Positions 36,301-37,393 of a stretch of DNA of 64,000 nt are shown one piece after another. A model generated the notes under the pieces. That model was not told the DNA's origin and ran no database searches. It saw only the letters and a list, made by a program, of their open reading frames with translations. The translations under genes and the position numbers were made by a program. How positions within the stretch are numbered: position 1 is the stretch's first letter; each line of letters starts with the position of its first letter. The stretch is from an uncultured Gemmatimonadales bacterium. GTDB taxonomy: Bacteria; Gemmatimonadota; Gemmatimonadetes; Longimicrobiales; Longimicrobiaceae. Location: positions 2,400,001-2,464,000 of the forward strand of contig OY970303.1 of assembly GCA_963716255.1 (NCBI GenBank), given 5' to 3'.

Positions 36301-37393
36301 TCCCCTCCGCCTCCACCTCGCGCACCACCCCCTCCCCCAGCGCCTCCGCGTCCATCGCGCGCTCCACCGGCAGCTCCGCCGGCTGGCTGCCCGTGACCAT
36401 CAGCGTCGCCTCCGCCAGGCCGTAGCACGCGAAGAACGCACGCGTCCGGAACCCGCTCGGCTCGAAGGCCTCCGCGAACGCACGCAGCGTCTCCGCCCGC
36501 ACCGGCTCCGCACCGTTGAAGGCGATCTCCCAGTGGCTCAGGTCCAGCGCCGCACGCTCCTCCGGGCGCATGCCGTGCACGCACAGGTCGTAGGCGAAGT
36601 TGGGTCCCCCGCTGCTGGTGGCCTGGTAGCGCGAGATCGCCTCCAGCCACCGCGCCGGACGCTGGATGAACGCCACCGGAGAGAACAGCGCCGCCCAGTA
36701 CCCGGTGAACAGCGGCTGGAGGATCCCGCCGATCAGCCCCATGTCGTGGTAGGGCGGCAGCCAGATGACCGAGCGCGTCTGCGGCGTGTAGCCGCAGAAG
36801 CCCTCGATCACCGCGAAGTTGTGCAGCAGGTTGCCGTGAGAGACCATCACCCCCTTGGGCGCGGCCGTCGAGCCCGAGGTGTACTGGAGGAAGGCAAGCG
36901 TGTCGCCACCCGCCTGCGGATCGGTCCACCCTTCCGCCTCGTCGGCGGGGACGACCTCGGTCGCCAGCCAGCGCAGCCCGGCCAGCTCCGGGGTGTGGGC
37001 GCACAGCCGCTCCGCCTCGCCCAGCAGCTCGGGCGTGGTCAGCGCCAGCGCGGGCCGGCAGTCGGCGACGATGCTCTGCAGGCGCGGATCGGGCTTGTTG
37101 CGGCGTGGCGGGTAGGCGGGAACCGCGGTGACGCCGGCGTAGAAGCAGCCGAAGAGGGCGGCGACGTACTCCAGCCCCGGCGGGTAGAGCAGGAGCGCGC
37201 GTTCGCCGCGGGCGCCGAGCGCCTGGAGGCGGGCGGCCACGGCGCGGCCCCGAAGGTCCAGCTCGCCGTAGGTGACGTGTCCCTCCTCCACCTCGCCGTC
37301 GAGCAGAAAGGTGTAGGCGATCCGGTCCGGGTCCGCCTCCGCGCGCATGCGGAGGAGCTCGACGAGCGTGGACGTATCACGAGAAATCGGCAT
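1..37393 (-). CDS. Giant NRPS, FAAL-ACP-(C-A-T)x11-C..., 3' end beyond the window's left edge (over 12,400 aa)
   Basis: ATG at 37393 gives MPISRDTSTLVELLRMRAEADPDRIAYTFL. The same frame holds where I checked it (37393, 22801, 61), and the ORF track lists no stop-terminated ORF in this frame. Recurrent motifs: SFAQQRLW, HHxxxDG, YTSGSTGxPKG, YGPTE, YRTGD, GKVDR, FFxLGGHSL. Confidence 0.96.
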   Translation of the reverse strand, partial: MPISRDTSTLVELLRMRAEADPDRIAYTFLLDGEVEEGHVTYGELDLRGRAVAARLQALGARGERALLLYPPGLEYVAALFGCFYAGVTAVPAYPPRRNKPDPRLQSIVADCRPALALTTPELLGEAERLCAHTPELAGLRWLATEVVPADEAEGWTDPQAGGDTLAFLQYTSGSTAAPKGVMVSHGNLLHNFAVIEGFCGYTPQTRSVIWLPPYHDMGLIGGILQPLFTGYWAALFSPVAFIQRPARWLEAISRYQATSSGGPNFAYDLCVHGMRPEERAALDLSHWEIAFNGAEPVRAETLRAFAEAFEPSGFRTRAFFACYGLAEATLMVTGSQPAELPVERAMDAEALGEGVVREVEAEGKYRLVGSGRSAASQRVRIVDPGTLRECAPDRVGEVWVSGASVAQGYWGRAEATAETFCAFEAGTGEGPYLRTGDLGFVDGERELFITGRLKDLIVIRGRNHYPQDIEATAVGSHAVLRPGGGAAFSVEEAGEERLAVVHEVSRQAVAGADVEEVAGAIRRVVAAEHGVQVHRVALVRPGGVPKTSSGKVQRRACRAQLLAGELPLVGQSVRAETESAAARPVTAGLTREGLEAADAGERQTLLEALLVERAAQVLGLDAAGVDRGQPLVALGLDSLRAMELKGSLEASLGAAVPISSLLDDTRIDRLAAELLQEIFAAEAGVPASAAAEEAPLSFAQERLWFLDRLLPGSTAYNLAGALRVRGAVDAGALRRSVEEIVRRHDVLRTVFADASGRPVQRVLPAGALPLPEVDLSRLEPQQREGAARRAAEAVARAPFDLETGPLFRARLLRLDVDERLLVLGMHHIVSDGGSAGVLVRELSALYPAMLAGEPSPLPPLPAQYADWVLRRREALRGEVVEEQLAYWRERLRGVAPLALPTDRPRPPVQSFRGATHRFEVPAEVMDGVRALARGEGATPFMALLAAWELLLARYSGEEDVVVGMTVSSRDRSEVAGLVGMFVNTLVLRVKVAPEEGFRALLGRARTAVLEAFGRQDLPFERLVEEVQTERDLSRNPLFQVMLAPQHGTLEPVEIPGGTLSPEPLDAGTAIVDLTLYTWERSGGALAAALEYATDLFDGGTVERMAAHLVETLRAVVADPELAAAEVPLLLPAERAQLLEEWTATERAYPERCLHKLFAEQAARTPDAAALRYGGRTVTYAELERSANRLAWHLQALGVGPEARVGLCLERTPQMLVAMLGILKAGGAYVPLDPAYPADRLEYMLADAGAALVVSQARLAARLPEGVFRVLLDAEAERIAEQPDTAPPAAARPANLAYVLYTSGSTGRPKGVLVEHRSASQVVHFLREVVRPEDRAAVLGSTSVSFDVSVGEIFGTICWGGTLVLVESVLDLPCVADESVRLVVTVPSAAAELLRSGGIPASVRAFNLAGEALPAWLARELYARPETERVLNLYGPTEDTVYSTWSIVERGAERVRIGRPVANSRAYVLDPVASPVPIGIAGELCLGGAGTARGYHGRPELTAERFVPDPYAPEPGARMYRTGDRARWLAGGELEYLGRMDEQVKLRGFRIEPGEIEAVLRAHPEVREAVVTARPEGSGGVRLVAYHLGTDGAARPEAADLRAWLRERLPEYMVPSAFVALESLPLTPSGKIDRRALPAPVAGASRSGEYAPPSTPVEEILAGIWTQVLGAERVGVHDDFFALGGHSLLGTQVLSRIRVAFEVELPLRALFEEPTIAALAARIEELRGDGTPLAVPPIGRAPREGPLPVSFAQQRLWVMDRLEPGSPAYNMAGALRLRGALDAAALRAGLGELVCRHEALRTVFAEQGGAPVQVIHPPAPVPLPVLDLRELPEAEREAEAKRLAGAEALRPFDLARGPLLRGTLLRLAVDDHVLCFTLHHVVGDGWSMDVLVRELSALYAAFSHGEPSPLAELPVQYADFAVWQRAWLSGDVLEAQIGYWRERLAGAPPLLEVPVDHPRAAGQDAGAGTHAFALSPEVSRRLRALSRAQGATLFMTVLAAWQALLGRYAGQDDVVVGTPVAGRTRVETEGLVGFFVNMLALRADLGGDPTWRELLGRVREEALGAYAHQDLPFERLVEELAVERSLRHTPLFQSIFELNRFTARDQLSLGEVGVARFASGAGVAKFDLDLEMTEEGEGLVGALVYRESLFEAATIARMAGHLEVLLGDMGADSTRRLSEVSLLRGAERAQVLQLWNATGADRPEACVHELFAEQAARTPGAVAVSWRGRTTTYAELDRASARLARLLRSRGVGPEARVGICMARTPALPAAMLAVLRAGGAYVPLDPAYPAERLGYMVEDASIALVLTASALLHRLPAGAHEVLALDAPETQDALSALPDGAPESGAAPGNLSHVIFTSGSTGRPKGVMIRHAAVVVLLHWLRDHVSDEERSSVLFSTSINFDVSVAEVFGTLCWGGKLVLAENALELPAVGEPVVYASMVPTAARELLRTGGIPASVRTLNLGGEALPADLAQALYALGTVEKVGNLYGPTEDTTYSTYSLVRRGGGQVLVGRPVAGTQAYVLDARMQPVPVGVVGELYLSGEGLARGYAGRPELTAERFVPSPFGAAGSRMYRVMDRVRWRADGELEYFGRTDFQVKVRGFRIEPGEIEAVLLAQPGVREAVVVAREEAGGDRRLVGYVVPEEAGGVSAAELRARLRERLPEYMVPPAFVELESIPLTPNGKIDRRALPAPEAGASRSGEYAPPSTPAEEILAGIWSEVLGVERVGAHDDFFELGGHSLLATQVVSRARQAFGVEVPLRALFEASTLVGLAGRVEELRSDGGAVAPPLERVSREGPLPVSFAQQRLWVMDRLEPGSPAYNMAGALRLRGALDAAALRAGLGELVCRHEALRTVFAEQGGAPVQVIHPPAPVPLPVLDLRELPEAEREAEAKRLAGAEALRPFDLARGPLLRGTLLRLAVDDHVLCFTLHHVVGDGWSMDVLVRELSALYAAFSHGEPSPLAELPVQYADFAVWQRAWLSGDVLEAQIGYWRERLAGAPPLLEVPVDHPRAAGQDAGAGTHAFALSPEVSRRLRALSRAQGATLFMTVLAAWQALLGRYAGQDDVVVGTPVAGRTRVETEGLVGFFVNMLALRADLGGDPTWRELLGRVREEALGAYAHQDLPFERLVEELAVERSLRHTPLFQSIFELNRFTARDQLSLGEVGVARFASGAGVAKFDLDLEMTEEGEGLVGALVYRESLFEAATIARMAGHLEVLLGDMGADSTRRLSEVSLLRGAERAQVLQLWNAAGADYPEACVHELFAEQAARTPDAAAIRFRGRATSYAELERSANRLAHHLLALGVGPESRVGLCLERSPEMIAAMLGILKAGGAYVPLDPAYPAEHLKYMLENASATVVVSQGGLAGRLPAGVARVLLDQEAEHAATLPDTAHPGGVEPGNLAYMLYTSGSTGRPKGVLVEHRSASQVVHFLREVVRPEDRAAVLGSTSVSFDVSVGEIFGTICWGGTLVLVESVLDLPRVADESVRLVVTVPSAAAELLRSGGIPASVRAFNLAGEALPAWLVRELYARPETERVLNLYGPTEDTVYSTWSIVERGAERVRIGRPVANSRAYVLDPVASPVPIGIAGELCLGGAGTARGYHGRPELTAERFVPDPYAPEPGARMYRTGDRARWLAGGELEYLGRMDEQVKLRGFRIEPGEIEAVLRAHPEVREAVVVVRADAQRLVAYVVAEEGAELVGSALRAHVAAALPQYMVPGAFVVLEALPLGVSGKVDRRALPDPRWGAEGEYVAPRTQAEEVLAGIWAGVLRRERVGVEEGFFDLGGHSLLATQVVSRARQAFGVEVPLRALFEAPTVAALAARIVALRGAATSPAPVIERVSRTEPLPLSFAQQRLWVVDRLEPGSAAYNMPGALRLRGVLDVAALRASLDALVQRHETLRTTFSEDGGVPVQIVHPSAPVELVELELGALPEAEREAEAERLAVEESLRPFDLARGPLLRSTLLRLDEEEHVLLFNLHHVVSDGWSMQVLVREVSALYGAFSRGEEPRLPELPVQYADFAVWQRAWLAGDVLEAQVDFWREKLRGASPLLEIPTDRPRGAGQSARAGTHRFTLPAEVSQGLRALSRREGATLFMTTLAAWQALLGLYAGQDDVVVGTPIAGRTRGETEGLIGFFVNMLALRADLAGDPTWTELLGRVSEMALGVYEHQDLPFERLVEALAVERSLTHAPVFQVTFELERSTVHAGLVLGELAAEPFGAGEGAAKFDLDLALRDAGEALAGTLTYRAALFEADTIARMAGHLETMLETMVSTPERRLSELSLLRGAERAQVVEEWNRTARPYPRGVCIHELFELQVQERPEAPVLVWGDIELSYRELDARANQLAHHLGGLGVGPESRVGVLLERGVELIVSILAVLKAGGCYVPLDPGYPAERLRMMLEDSSVRVLLSRCDVAFAAEAGDVSVVLLDRVADALARESTEAPRSGATAENLAYIVYTSGSTGRPKGVMVAHRHVVQLAVETDYVRFQPGDRVAQASNASFDALTFEAWGALMNGATLVGIARDVLLSPAAFREALRAERITTLYQTTALLNQLAREQPDVFAPLREVLFGGQAADADSVRRLLAAGKPRRLLHMYGPTETTAWCSYEQVEHVAEDALTVSVGRATGNQRIYLLDSALEPVPVGVPGEAYVGGDGVVRGYLERPELTAERFVANPFSTEAGARMYRTGDRLRWSTDGRLEFVGRVDEQVKVRGFRIEPGEIEAVLCAHAEVREARVIVREDPAFGMPGEQRLVAYVVGGAEADALRDHLRRSLPEYMVPAAFVGLDMLPLTPNGKLDVKALPAPEYGAGEERYVAPRTPTEEVLAGIWAAVLGVERVSVEEGFFELGGHSLLATQVVSRARQAFGVELPLRAMFEAPTVAELAGRLDAMLERPEELSDGEVMRHLAITDRLDRLDRLSPERRRLLQKWMQAGVEAGVEAERDPEEIRRRSPGTPLPLSFAQQRLWVVDRLEPGSAAYNMPFALRLRGALDTAALRASLDALVRRHETLRTTFSEDGGVPVQVIHPAAAVALHALDLRSLPAAALAREVERLASEEALRPFDLARGPLLRSTLLRLGEEEHVLLFTLHHVVSDGWSVNVLVREVSALYGAFSRGEEPDLPELPVQYADFAVWQRAWLSGEVLEEQIGFWKEQLRGAPPLLEIPTDHPRAPGRSPLAATRGFALQLGHSEGLRTLSRREGTTLFMTVLAGWQALLGRYAGQDDVVVGSPIAGRTRVETEGLIGFFVNMLALRADLGGDPTWRELLERVRDRALGAYAHQELPFERLVEELDVERSLAHAPVFQVTFALDRTAGHEELALGELATEPFGAREGVAKFDLDLTVQDGGEALEGALTYRAGLFEAATIERMAGHLETMLETMVSTPERRLSELSLLSGAERAQVVEAWNRTARPYPRGVCIHELFQAQVRERPDAPALVWGGVELSYRELDARANQLAHHLGGLRVGPESRVGVLLERGVELIVSILAVLKAGGCYVPLDPGYPAERLRMMLDDSSVRVLLSRSDVAFAAEAGDVSLVLLDRVADALARESTEAPRSGATAENLAYIVYTSGSTGRPKGVMVAHRHVVQLAVATDYVQFGPGDRIAQASNASFDALTFEAWGALMNGATLVGIARDVLLSPAAFRETLREERITTLYQTTALLNQLSREQPDIFAPLREVLFGGQAADADSVRRLLAAGKPRRLLHMYGPTETTAWCSYEQVEHVAEDALTVSVGRATGNQRIYLLDSALEPVPVGVPGEAYVGGDGVVRGYLERPELTAERFVANPFSTEAGARMYRTGDRLRWSTDGRLEFVGRVDEQVKVRGFRIEPGEIEAVLCAHAEVREARVIVREDPAFGMPGEQRLVAYVVGGAEADALRDHLRRSLPEYMVPAAFVGLDVLPLTPNGKLDARALPAPEYGAGEERYVAPRTPTEEVLAGIWAAVLGVERVSVEEGFFELGGHSLLATQVVSRARQAFGVELPLRALFEAPTVAALAERIEALRATGALLAPPIERIPRDEPLPLSYAQQRLWVVDQMEPGSPAYNMPGALRLRGALDTVALRASLDALVARHETLRTTFAEQGGVPVQVIHPATPVALRELDLRDLPQAEREAEVERLASEETLLPFDLARGPLLRSTLLRVDVEEHVLLFTMHHVVSDGWSMQVLVREVSVLYAAFSRGEEPQLAELPAQYADYAVWQRAWLSGETLDEQIDYWKDALAGAPPLLEIHTDHPRGLGQSPIAEVHPFTLSPELSHGLRVLSQREGATLFMTVLAGWQALLARYAGQGDVVVGSPISGRNRHEVEGLIGFFVNMLSLRADLAGDPTWTELLGRTRAAALGAFDHQELPFERLVEELGAERSLTHTPVFQVTFALQKARAEGQLSLGDLDLAPIGGGLGVAKFDLELTVSDQAETLAATLAYRGALFEAQTVARMAGHLETLLEAMAAEPGRRLSEVSLLHGAERTQVLEAWNATAAALPQAGIHELFAEQAARTPAAVAIDSGEETVTYTELERRANRLAHLLMQRGVGPEARVGMCFERGIDAVLAMLGILKAGGAYVPLAPSNPAERLREVFADAGVSLVLTNAAAGAQLSAGVEALWLDDAATTDVLTTLPETAPLVASHPGQLAYVIYTSGSTGRPKGVAVAHESVVRLVRETPYVPFGPSERIAHASNLAFDAATFEIWGALLNGGSLAVFEREVTLSPAEFVVALREREVSALFLTTALFNRIANDEPAAFATLRHLLFGGEAVDPQSVRRVLETGAPGRLLHVYGPTETTTYASWQHVRSVEAAAATVPIGGPLRNTTLYVLDAGGQPLPAGVPGELYIGGLGTARGYLGQAALTAERFLPDAFGAAGARLYRTGDRVRWTAAGEIEYLGRMDAQVKIRGFRIEPGEVEAVLSGLEEVGEAFVTVREDAPGQKRLSAYVVPAEGVEVAPAELRARLAARLPDYMVPSAFVVLERLPLNANGKVDRGALPAPEHVAEAGYVAPWTPVQEVLAGIWAEVLRLDRLGVEDGFFDVGGHSLLATQVVSRARQAFGVELPLRALFEAPTVAGLAARIESLRSAGASTAPPIVRVSREEQLPLSFAQQRLWLVDRLDPGSAAYNMPFALRLTGELDAAALRASLDALVRRHETLRTTFAERGGVPVQVIHPAASVELRELDLRDLPQAEREAGAERLASEEALLAFDLARGPLLRSTLLRLDEEEHVLLFTLHHVVSDGWSMQVLVREVSALYAAFGRGEEPDLPELPVQYADFAVWQRAWLSGEVLEEQIGYWKQALAGVPPLLEIPTDHPRGLGQSPVAESHRFALPRGLSEGLRALSRREGTTLFMTVLAGWQALLGRYAGQDDVVVGSPIAGRNRREAEGLIGFFVNMLSLRAELAGDPTWSELLERTRAAALGAYAHQELPFERLVEELGVERSLTHTPVFQVAFALQKASAEEQLSLGSLELEPFESGAGVAKFDLELAIQDAGEALGGAIDYREALFEAETVARMAGHLEVLLEAMAADPHRRLSEVSLLREDERARLLADSSAEPLGHVPACMHELVARQARRTPGAPAVVFADEALTYAALDGRANRLAHLLRRRGVGPETRVAICLERGVEMVVAVLGVLKAGGAYVPLDAAYPAERLAYTLSDSGAALLVTRSRLLETLPAFTGGVVRMDADREAVEREPDTEPGSGVGVRNAAYVIYTSGSTGRPKGVVVEHASLVHALRGTSESFGLAAGEVMPVMASHAFDIWTFEAFAPLLVGGVARLLERESVQDVERLVAELAGVEALHAVPALMREVAARVRAGAGTLPRMRRVFVGGDAIAPDLLEQMQAAFPGARVWAMYGPTENTMISSATPLRRDARPDWQMVGRPLPGVGMHVLDAAGGLLPAGVPGELCLAGGGVARGYLGRPELTAARFVPDPFGAVGGRLYRTGDRVRRRADGELEFLGRVDAQVKIRGFRIEPGEIEAVLLEDAAVRDALVMVREDAPGRKRLVAYVAAEREAGLSAAGLRALAGARLPEHMVPGAFVVLERLPVNANGKVDRGALPAPEHGAGGAAYTGPRTVAEEVLAGIWAEVLGTERVGVESSFFERGGHSLLATRVVSRVREVFGVELPLRALFEAPTVAALAGRIEALRSAGTMLAPPIVPVPRDGSPLPVSFAQQRLWVVDRLEPGSPAYNMPFALRLGGELDAAALRASLDALVRRHETLRTTFAEQGGVPVQVIHPAASVELRELDLRDLPAAEREAEAGRLASEEALLAFDLARGPLLRSTLLRLDEEEHVLLFTLHHVVSDGWSMQLLVREVSVLYAAFGRGEEPDLPELPVQYADFAVWQREWLSGEVLEAQIGFWKEQLGGAPPLLEIPTDHPRTAAQGARAESRHFVLSPELSSGLRALSRAEGTTLFMTSLAAWQVLLGRYAGQDEVVVGTPIAGRTRRETEGLIGFFVNMLALRGDLSGDPTWSELLGRVRETALGAYEHQELPFERLVEALDVERSLNHDPVFQVTFELERAAADEGLALGEVGIAPFGRGEPLAQFDLDLTLVDTEEALRGALRFRQALFDAATVERMAGHLALVLEAMAGRPQCRLSELSLLGGSARAQVLEAWNATAADFPRHACIHDLFAAQASRTPGAAAVRFEDRSLTYAQLEGQANRLAHLLRRRGVGPETRVGIGVEKGPEMAVCILAVLKAGGAYVPLDPAYPAERCASMLRDCGAALLLTQAELAGSYSSAGVPLLVPDALRDELAGAPAEAPRSGAMADNLAYAIYTSGSTGTPKGAMVQHRALVNYAADMAQRIGLCGEDRVLQFASPGFDVVVEELFPAWLSGACVVFSRSNLLSPAELLEVVGQQGVSVFELPTAYWHEWVRELSGQGWRVPQSVRLVLVGGERIAPQRLREWAELRLPLVHVYGLTETACTSTTLRLEAGEDGSRWSNLPVGRATGNVRLYVLDRSGQPVPVGVAGELYIAGEGVGRGYLGRPERTAERFVPDAFGAAGARAYRTGDRVRWLPGGEVEFLGRMDEQVKLRGFRIEPGEVEAALLEAPGVREAVVTVREDVPGQKRLVAYVVPQAGAELSTADLRARLGERLPEYMVPGAFVTLDKLPLNANGKVDRRALPAPDRGTALDAYTAPRTPAEEVLAGIWAEVLGVERVGAEVNFFGLGGHSLLATQVVSRVRVAFGVEVALKALFEAPTVAGLAGRIEALRGTGTRLAPPMVPVPREGSALPLSFAQQRLWVVNRIEPDSPAYNLSYALRLGGELDTAALRASLDALVRRHETLRTTFVEHAGVPVQHIHPAVPVVVLDLDLRGLPAAAREPEAERLAGEESLRPFDLARGPLLRSTLLRLGEDDHVLCFTVHHVVTDGWSMDVLVREVSALYAAFSRGEEPALPELPVQYADFAVWQREWLSGEVLDEQIGFWKEQLRGAPPLLEISTDRPRSAAQSTRAGMHRFALPAATTAGLRALSRREGTTLFMTLMAAWQTLLGRYSGQDDVVVGTPIAGRTRVELEGLIGFFVNMLAMRGDLAADPTWAELLGRVHERALGAYVHQHLPFERLVDELATERSLTHSPVFQAVFALTRAGARDERLSLGTVRLEPFGGELEETKFDLNLRMLDEDEGLSGALLYRTGLFEAETAARMGGHFEVLLEAMAAAHPGQRLSEVMLLRGAERGQLLYAWNGPDTVYSGNLCIHELVHAQVLRTPDAPALRFEEQRLGYAELYRRSCRLANRLRREGVGPETRVAVCMEAAPEVVVSVLGVLLAGGAYLPLDPELPAERRAYMLRDAAPALLLTQAALADRLRDWGVPLLVVDAEAERIARESEEAPATGVHPDNLAYVIYTSGSTGRPKGVLCDHRGVGNTFLELGRVYGAAPGERNLAYAPLFFDASVADIFTALCNGAELVLARREALLPGEDLLRVLREQRITHLKIMPSALAVTPVETLPELKTIVTGGEVLAAELVKRWGAGRRFFNGYGATEAGIRMTSSAYSWEGGDPPIGRAVANTQLYVLDAGLEPVPVGVAGELYIGGAGMARGYLGRPELTAERFLPDPHRGVAGARLYRTGDVGRRRADGEVEFLGRTDHQVKVRGYRVELGEIEATLRGHGQVREATVLLREDVPGQPRLVAYVTGEAGAELSAAGLRAHAAERLPEYMVPGAYVVLERLPVTRNGKVDRRALPAPAYGPAEDLYVAPRTVVEEVLAGIWSEVLRVERVGVEEGFFDLGGHSLLATQVVSRARRAFGVEVPLRALFEAQTVSALAGRIEALRGTGTSVAPPMERVSREAPLPVSFAQQRLWVVDRLDPNSPAYNMPYALRLRGALDPRALRASLDALVGRHETLRTVFAEHERGPVQVIHPPAPVALVELDLRHLPEAEREAEAERLASEEALLPFDLARGPLLRCTLLRLDDDDHVLCFTMHHIVTDGWSRGVLVREVSALYAALRGEAAELPELEVQYADFAVWQRRWLSGETLEERLSFWRETLRGAPPVLEVPVDRPRVPGLSPRSGSHGFALPAGLSNELRALSRREGTTLFMTMLSGWQALLGRYAGQDDVVVGSPVAGRTRAETEGLIGFFVNMLALRTDLGGDPTWAELLGRVREAALGAFEHQDLPFERIVEELVTDRSTTHAPLFQVVFGLNRISGREELSLGEVKLEPFGEGEGVARFDLNLAVMDEEEALTASLTYRERLFEAETVARMVEHLKALLEAMVAAPGQRLSEAPLLRGAEREQLLYAWNGPDTVYSGNLCIHELVHAQVLRTPDAPALRFEEQRLGYAELYRRSCRLANRLRREGVGPETRVAVCMEAAPEVVVSVLGVLLAGGAYLPLDPELPAERRAYMLRDAAPALLLTQAALADRLRDWGVPLLVVDAEAERISRESEEAPLTGVHPDNLAYIIYTSGSTGRPKGVLCDHRGVGNTFLELGRVYGAAPGERNLAYAPLFFDASVADIFTALCNGAELVLARREALLPGEDLLRVLREQRITHLKIMPSALAVTPVETLPELKTIVTGGEVLAAELVKRWGAGRRFFNGYGATEAGIRMTSSAYSWEGGDPPIGRAVANTQLYVLDAGLEPVPVGVAGELYIGGAGMARGYLGRPELTAERFLPDPHRGVAGARLYRTGDVGRRRADGEVEFLGRTDHQVKVRGYRVELGEIEATLRGHGQVREATVLLREDVPGQPRLVAYVTGEAGAELSAAGLRAHAAERLPEYMVPGAYVVLERLPVTRNGKVDRRALPAPAYGPAEDLYVAPRTVVEEVLAGIWSEVLRVERVGVEEGFFDLGGHSLLATQVVSRARRAFGVEVPLRALFEAQTVGALAGRIEALRSAGTSVAPPMERVSREAPLPVSFAQQRLWVVDRLDPGSPAYNMSYALRLGGGLDAGALRASLGEVVRRHEALRTTFGERGGLPVQLVHPHAPVELPLIDLRGAPDAVRRAERLAADEARRPFDLTRGPLLRCTLLRLADDDHVLLLTLHHIVSDGWSRNVLVREASALYGAFTRGEPSPLAELPVQYADYAVWQRERLSGAGLEAQLGYWRDKLRGAPPLLEIPTDRPRGLGQSPATASHAFALSPGVSQGLRALSQREGATLFMTVLAGWQVLLGRYAGQDDVLVGSPVAGRSRREIEGLIGFFVNLLVLRTELGGDPAWSELLARVRETALGAYDHQDLPFERLVEELDVERSLTHAPLVQAVFVLHRAGAEGDQLRLGDVEMAPFGAGGSTAKFDLDLVLDEAGEALAGALVFRSGLFDAATMARLAGHLETVLEAMAADPRRHLSQLSLLRDGERAQLLAGSTAEPLGLPTACVHEMIAAQAGRTPGAPAVAFGGESLAYAGLESAANRLAHHLRRRGVGPEVRVAICLERSLEMVVSVLGVLKAGGAYVPLDPDHPADRLAYTLADSGAALLVSRGRLADALPAFRGGLVRLDADRQDIAAEPEEAPESGAGVRSAAYVIYTSGSTGRPKGVVVEHASLVSTLLATRDTYGFAAGDVFPGMASYAFDIWGFEVFAPLLAGGQVRLLPQETVRDTERLVEELATVDGVHAVPALMREVVARVQAGPGTLPRMRGVFIGGDAIAPDLLEQTRAAFPAARVWAMYGPTENTMISSATPLQRGTSYDWQMVGRPLPGVGMHVLDAAGNLLPAGVPGELCLAGAGVARGYLGRPDATATQFVPDSFGTGPGARLYRTGDRVRRRADGELEFLGRIDQQVKIRGFRIEPGEIEAVLLEQEGVHEAVVVVREDTPGQKRLAAYVVPRAGVELAAAELRARLAERLPDYMVPGAFVALESIPLSPNGKVDRRALPAPEQGAEYVAPRTPTEEVLAGIWAEVLRLERVGAEESFFELGGHSLLATQVASRARQAFGVEVPLRALFEAPTVAALGARIEALRGDGSGPATPPIVPVPRDGAPLPLSFAQQRLWLVDRLEPGSAAYNMPSATRLRGTLDAIALRLSLAELVRRHEALRTVFEERAGAPVQVIHPPAPAALVELDLRGLPEAEREAEAVRLAAVE
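370..3485 (-). other. NRPS module 11 (C-A-T); A code ~DIFHFGMMIK, as module 7
   Basis: HHIVSDG; FDIWGFE, GVHAVPA, VFIGGD, AMYGPTENTMI; GGHSL. Confidence 0.85.
3428..8492. repeat. Direct repeat pair 3428-5336 / 6584-8492 (offset 3156)
   Basis: Near-identical by inspection, with only scattered substitutions. Confidence 0.92.
3540..6640 (-). other. NRPS module 10 (C-A-T); A-T duplicate of module 9 (DAAKVGGIRK)
   Basis: HHIVTDG; 3428-5336 near-identical to 6584-8492. Confidence 0.85.
6695..9803 (-). other. NRPS module 9 (C-A-T); A code ~DAAKVGGIRK, probably anionic substrate
   Basis: HHVVTDG; FDASVAD, HLKIMPS, IVTGGE, NGYGATEAGIR. Confidence 0.85.
9865..13000 (-). other. NRPS module 8 (C-A-T); A code ~DVEELGVCTK, basic residue (Arg/Orn/Lys/Dab-like)
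   Basis: FDVVVEE, VFELPTAYW, VLVGGE, HVYGLTETACT; two acidic pocket residues. Confidence 0.85.
12421..16083. repeat. Direct repeat pair ~12421-12900 / 15604-16083 (N-terminal lobes of C8 and C7, offset 3183)
   Basis: Highly similar DNA restricted to the C-domain N-terminal half. Confidence 0.8.
13060..16180 (-). other. NRPS module 7 (C-A-T); A code ~DIFHFGMMIK, substrate unassigned
   Basis: FDIWTFE, ALHAVPA, VFVGGD, AMYGPTENTMI. Confidence 0.85.
16240..19360 (-). other. NRPS module 6 (C-A-T); A code ~DAFFLGVTYK, Ile-like
   Basis: FDAATFE, ALFLTTA, LLFGGE, HVYGPTETTTY; close to the known Ile code DAFFLGVTFK. Confidence 0.85.
19420..22545 (-). other. NRPS module 5 (C-A-T); A code ~DAFYLGMAWK
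   Basis: Same pocket motifs as module 4; A C-terminal half and T near-identical to module 4. Confidence 0.85.
19474..23711. repeat. Direct repeat pair ~19474-20390 / 22795-23711 (A5-T5 = A4-T4, offset 3321)
   Basis: Near-identical DNA. Confidence 0.9.
22740..25865 (-). other. NRPS module 4 (C-A-T); A code ~DAFYLGMAWK, aliphatic/hydrophobic
   Basis: HHVVSDG; FDALTFE, TLYQTTA, VLFGGQ, HMYGPTETTAW. Confidence 0.85.
25920..29005 (-). other. NRPS module 3 (C-A-T); C copied from module 2, A core copied from module 1 (DVGVNALVYK)
   Basis: Near-identical DNA to 30738-32167 and 32688-33498. Confidence 0.85.
27582..32167. repeat. Direct repeat pair 27582-29011 / 30738-32167 (C3 = C2, offset 3156)
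   Basis: Near-identical DNA; the ORF track shows identical shadow ORFs 3156 bp apart. Confidence 0.92.
29060..32160 (-). other. NRPS module 2 (C-A-T); A code ~DVASNGLTYK, Ala/Gly-like
   Basis: HHVVGDG; FDVSVAE, YASMVPT, LNLGGE, NLYGPTEDTTY; GGHSL. Confidence 0.85.
32220..35310 (-). other. NRPS module 1 (C-A-T); A code ~DVGVNALVYK, Ala/small-residue-like
   Basis: HHIVSDG; FDVSVGE, VVTVPS, FNLAGE, NLYGPTEDTVY; GGHSL. Code read by eye against GrsA numbering. Confidence 0.85.
35375..35590 (-). other. Acyl carrier domain of the loading module
   Basis: LVALGLDSLRAMEL phosphopantetheine motif. Confidence 0.9.
35700..37393 (-). other. Fatty acyl-AMP ligase (FAAL) starter domain
   Basis: ALLLYPPGLEY, AFLQYTSGSTAAPKGVMVSHGNL, WLPPYHDMGLIGGIL, GGPNFAYDLC, NGAEP, YGLAEATL, KTSSGKVQR. 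Boundaries approximate. Confidence 0.92.

Noticed and set aside
1..37393. Epimerase, methyltransferase, PKS or thioesterase domains in the NRPS
   Set aside because: Module spacing fits C-A-T only and all T domains are GGHSL; the termination domain must lie outside the window
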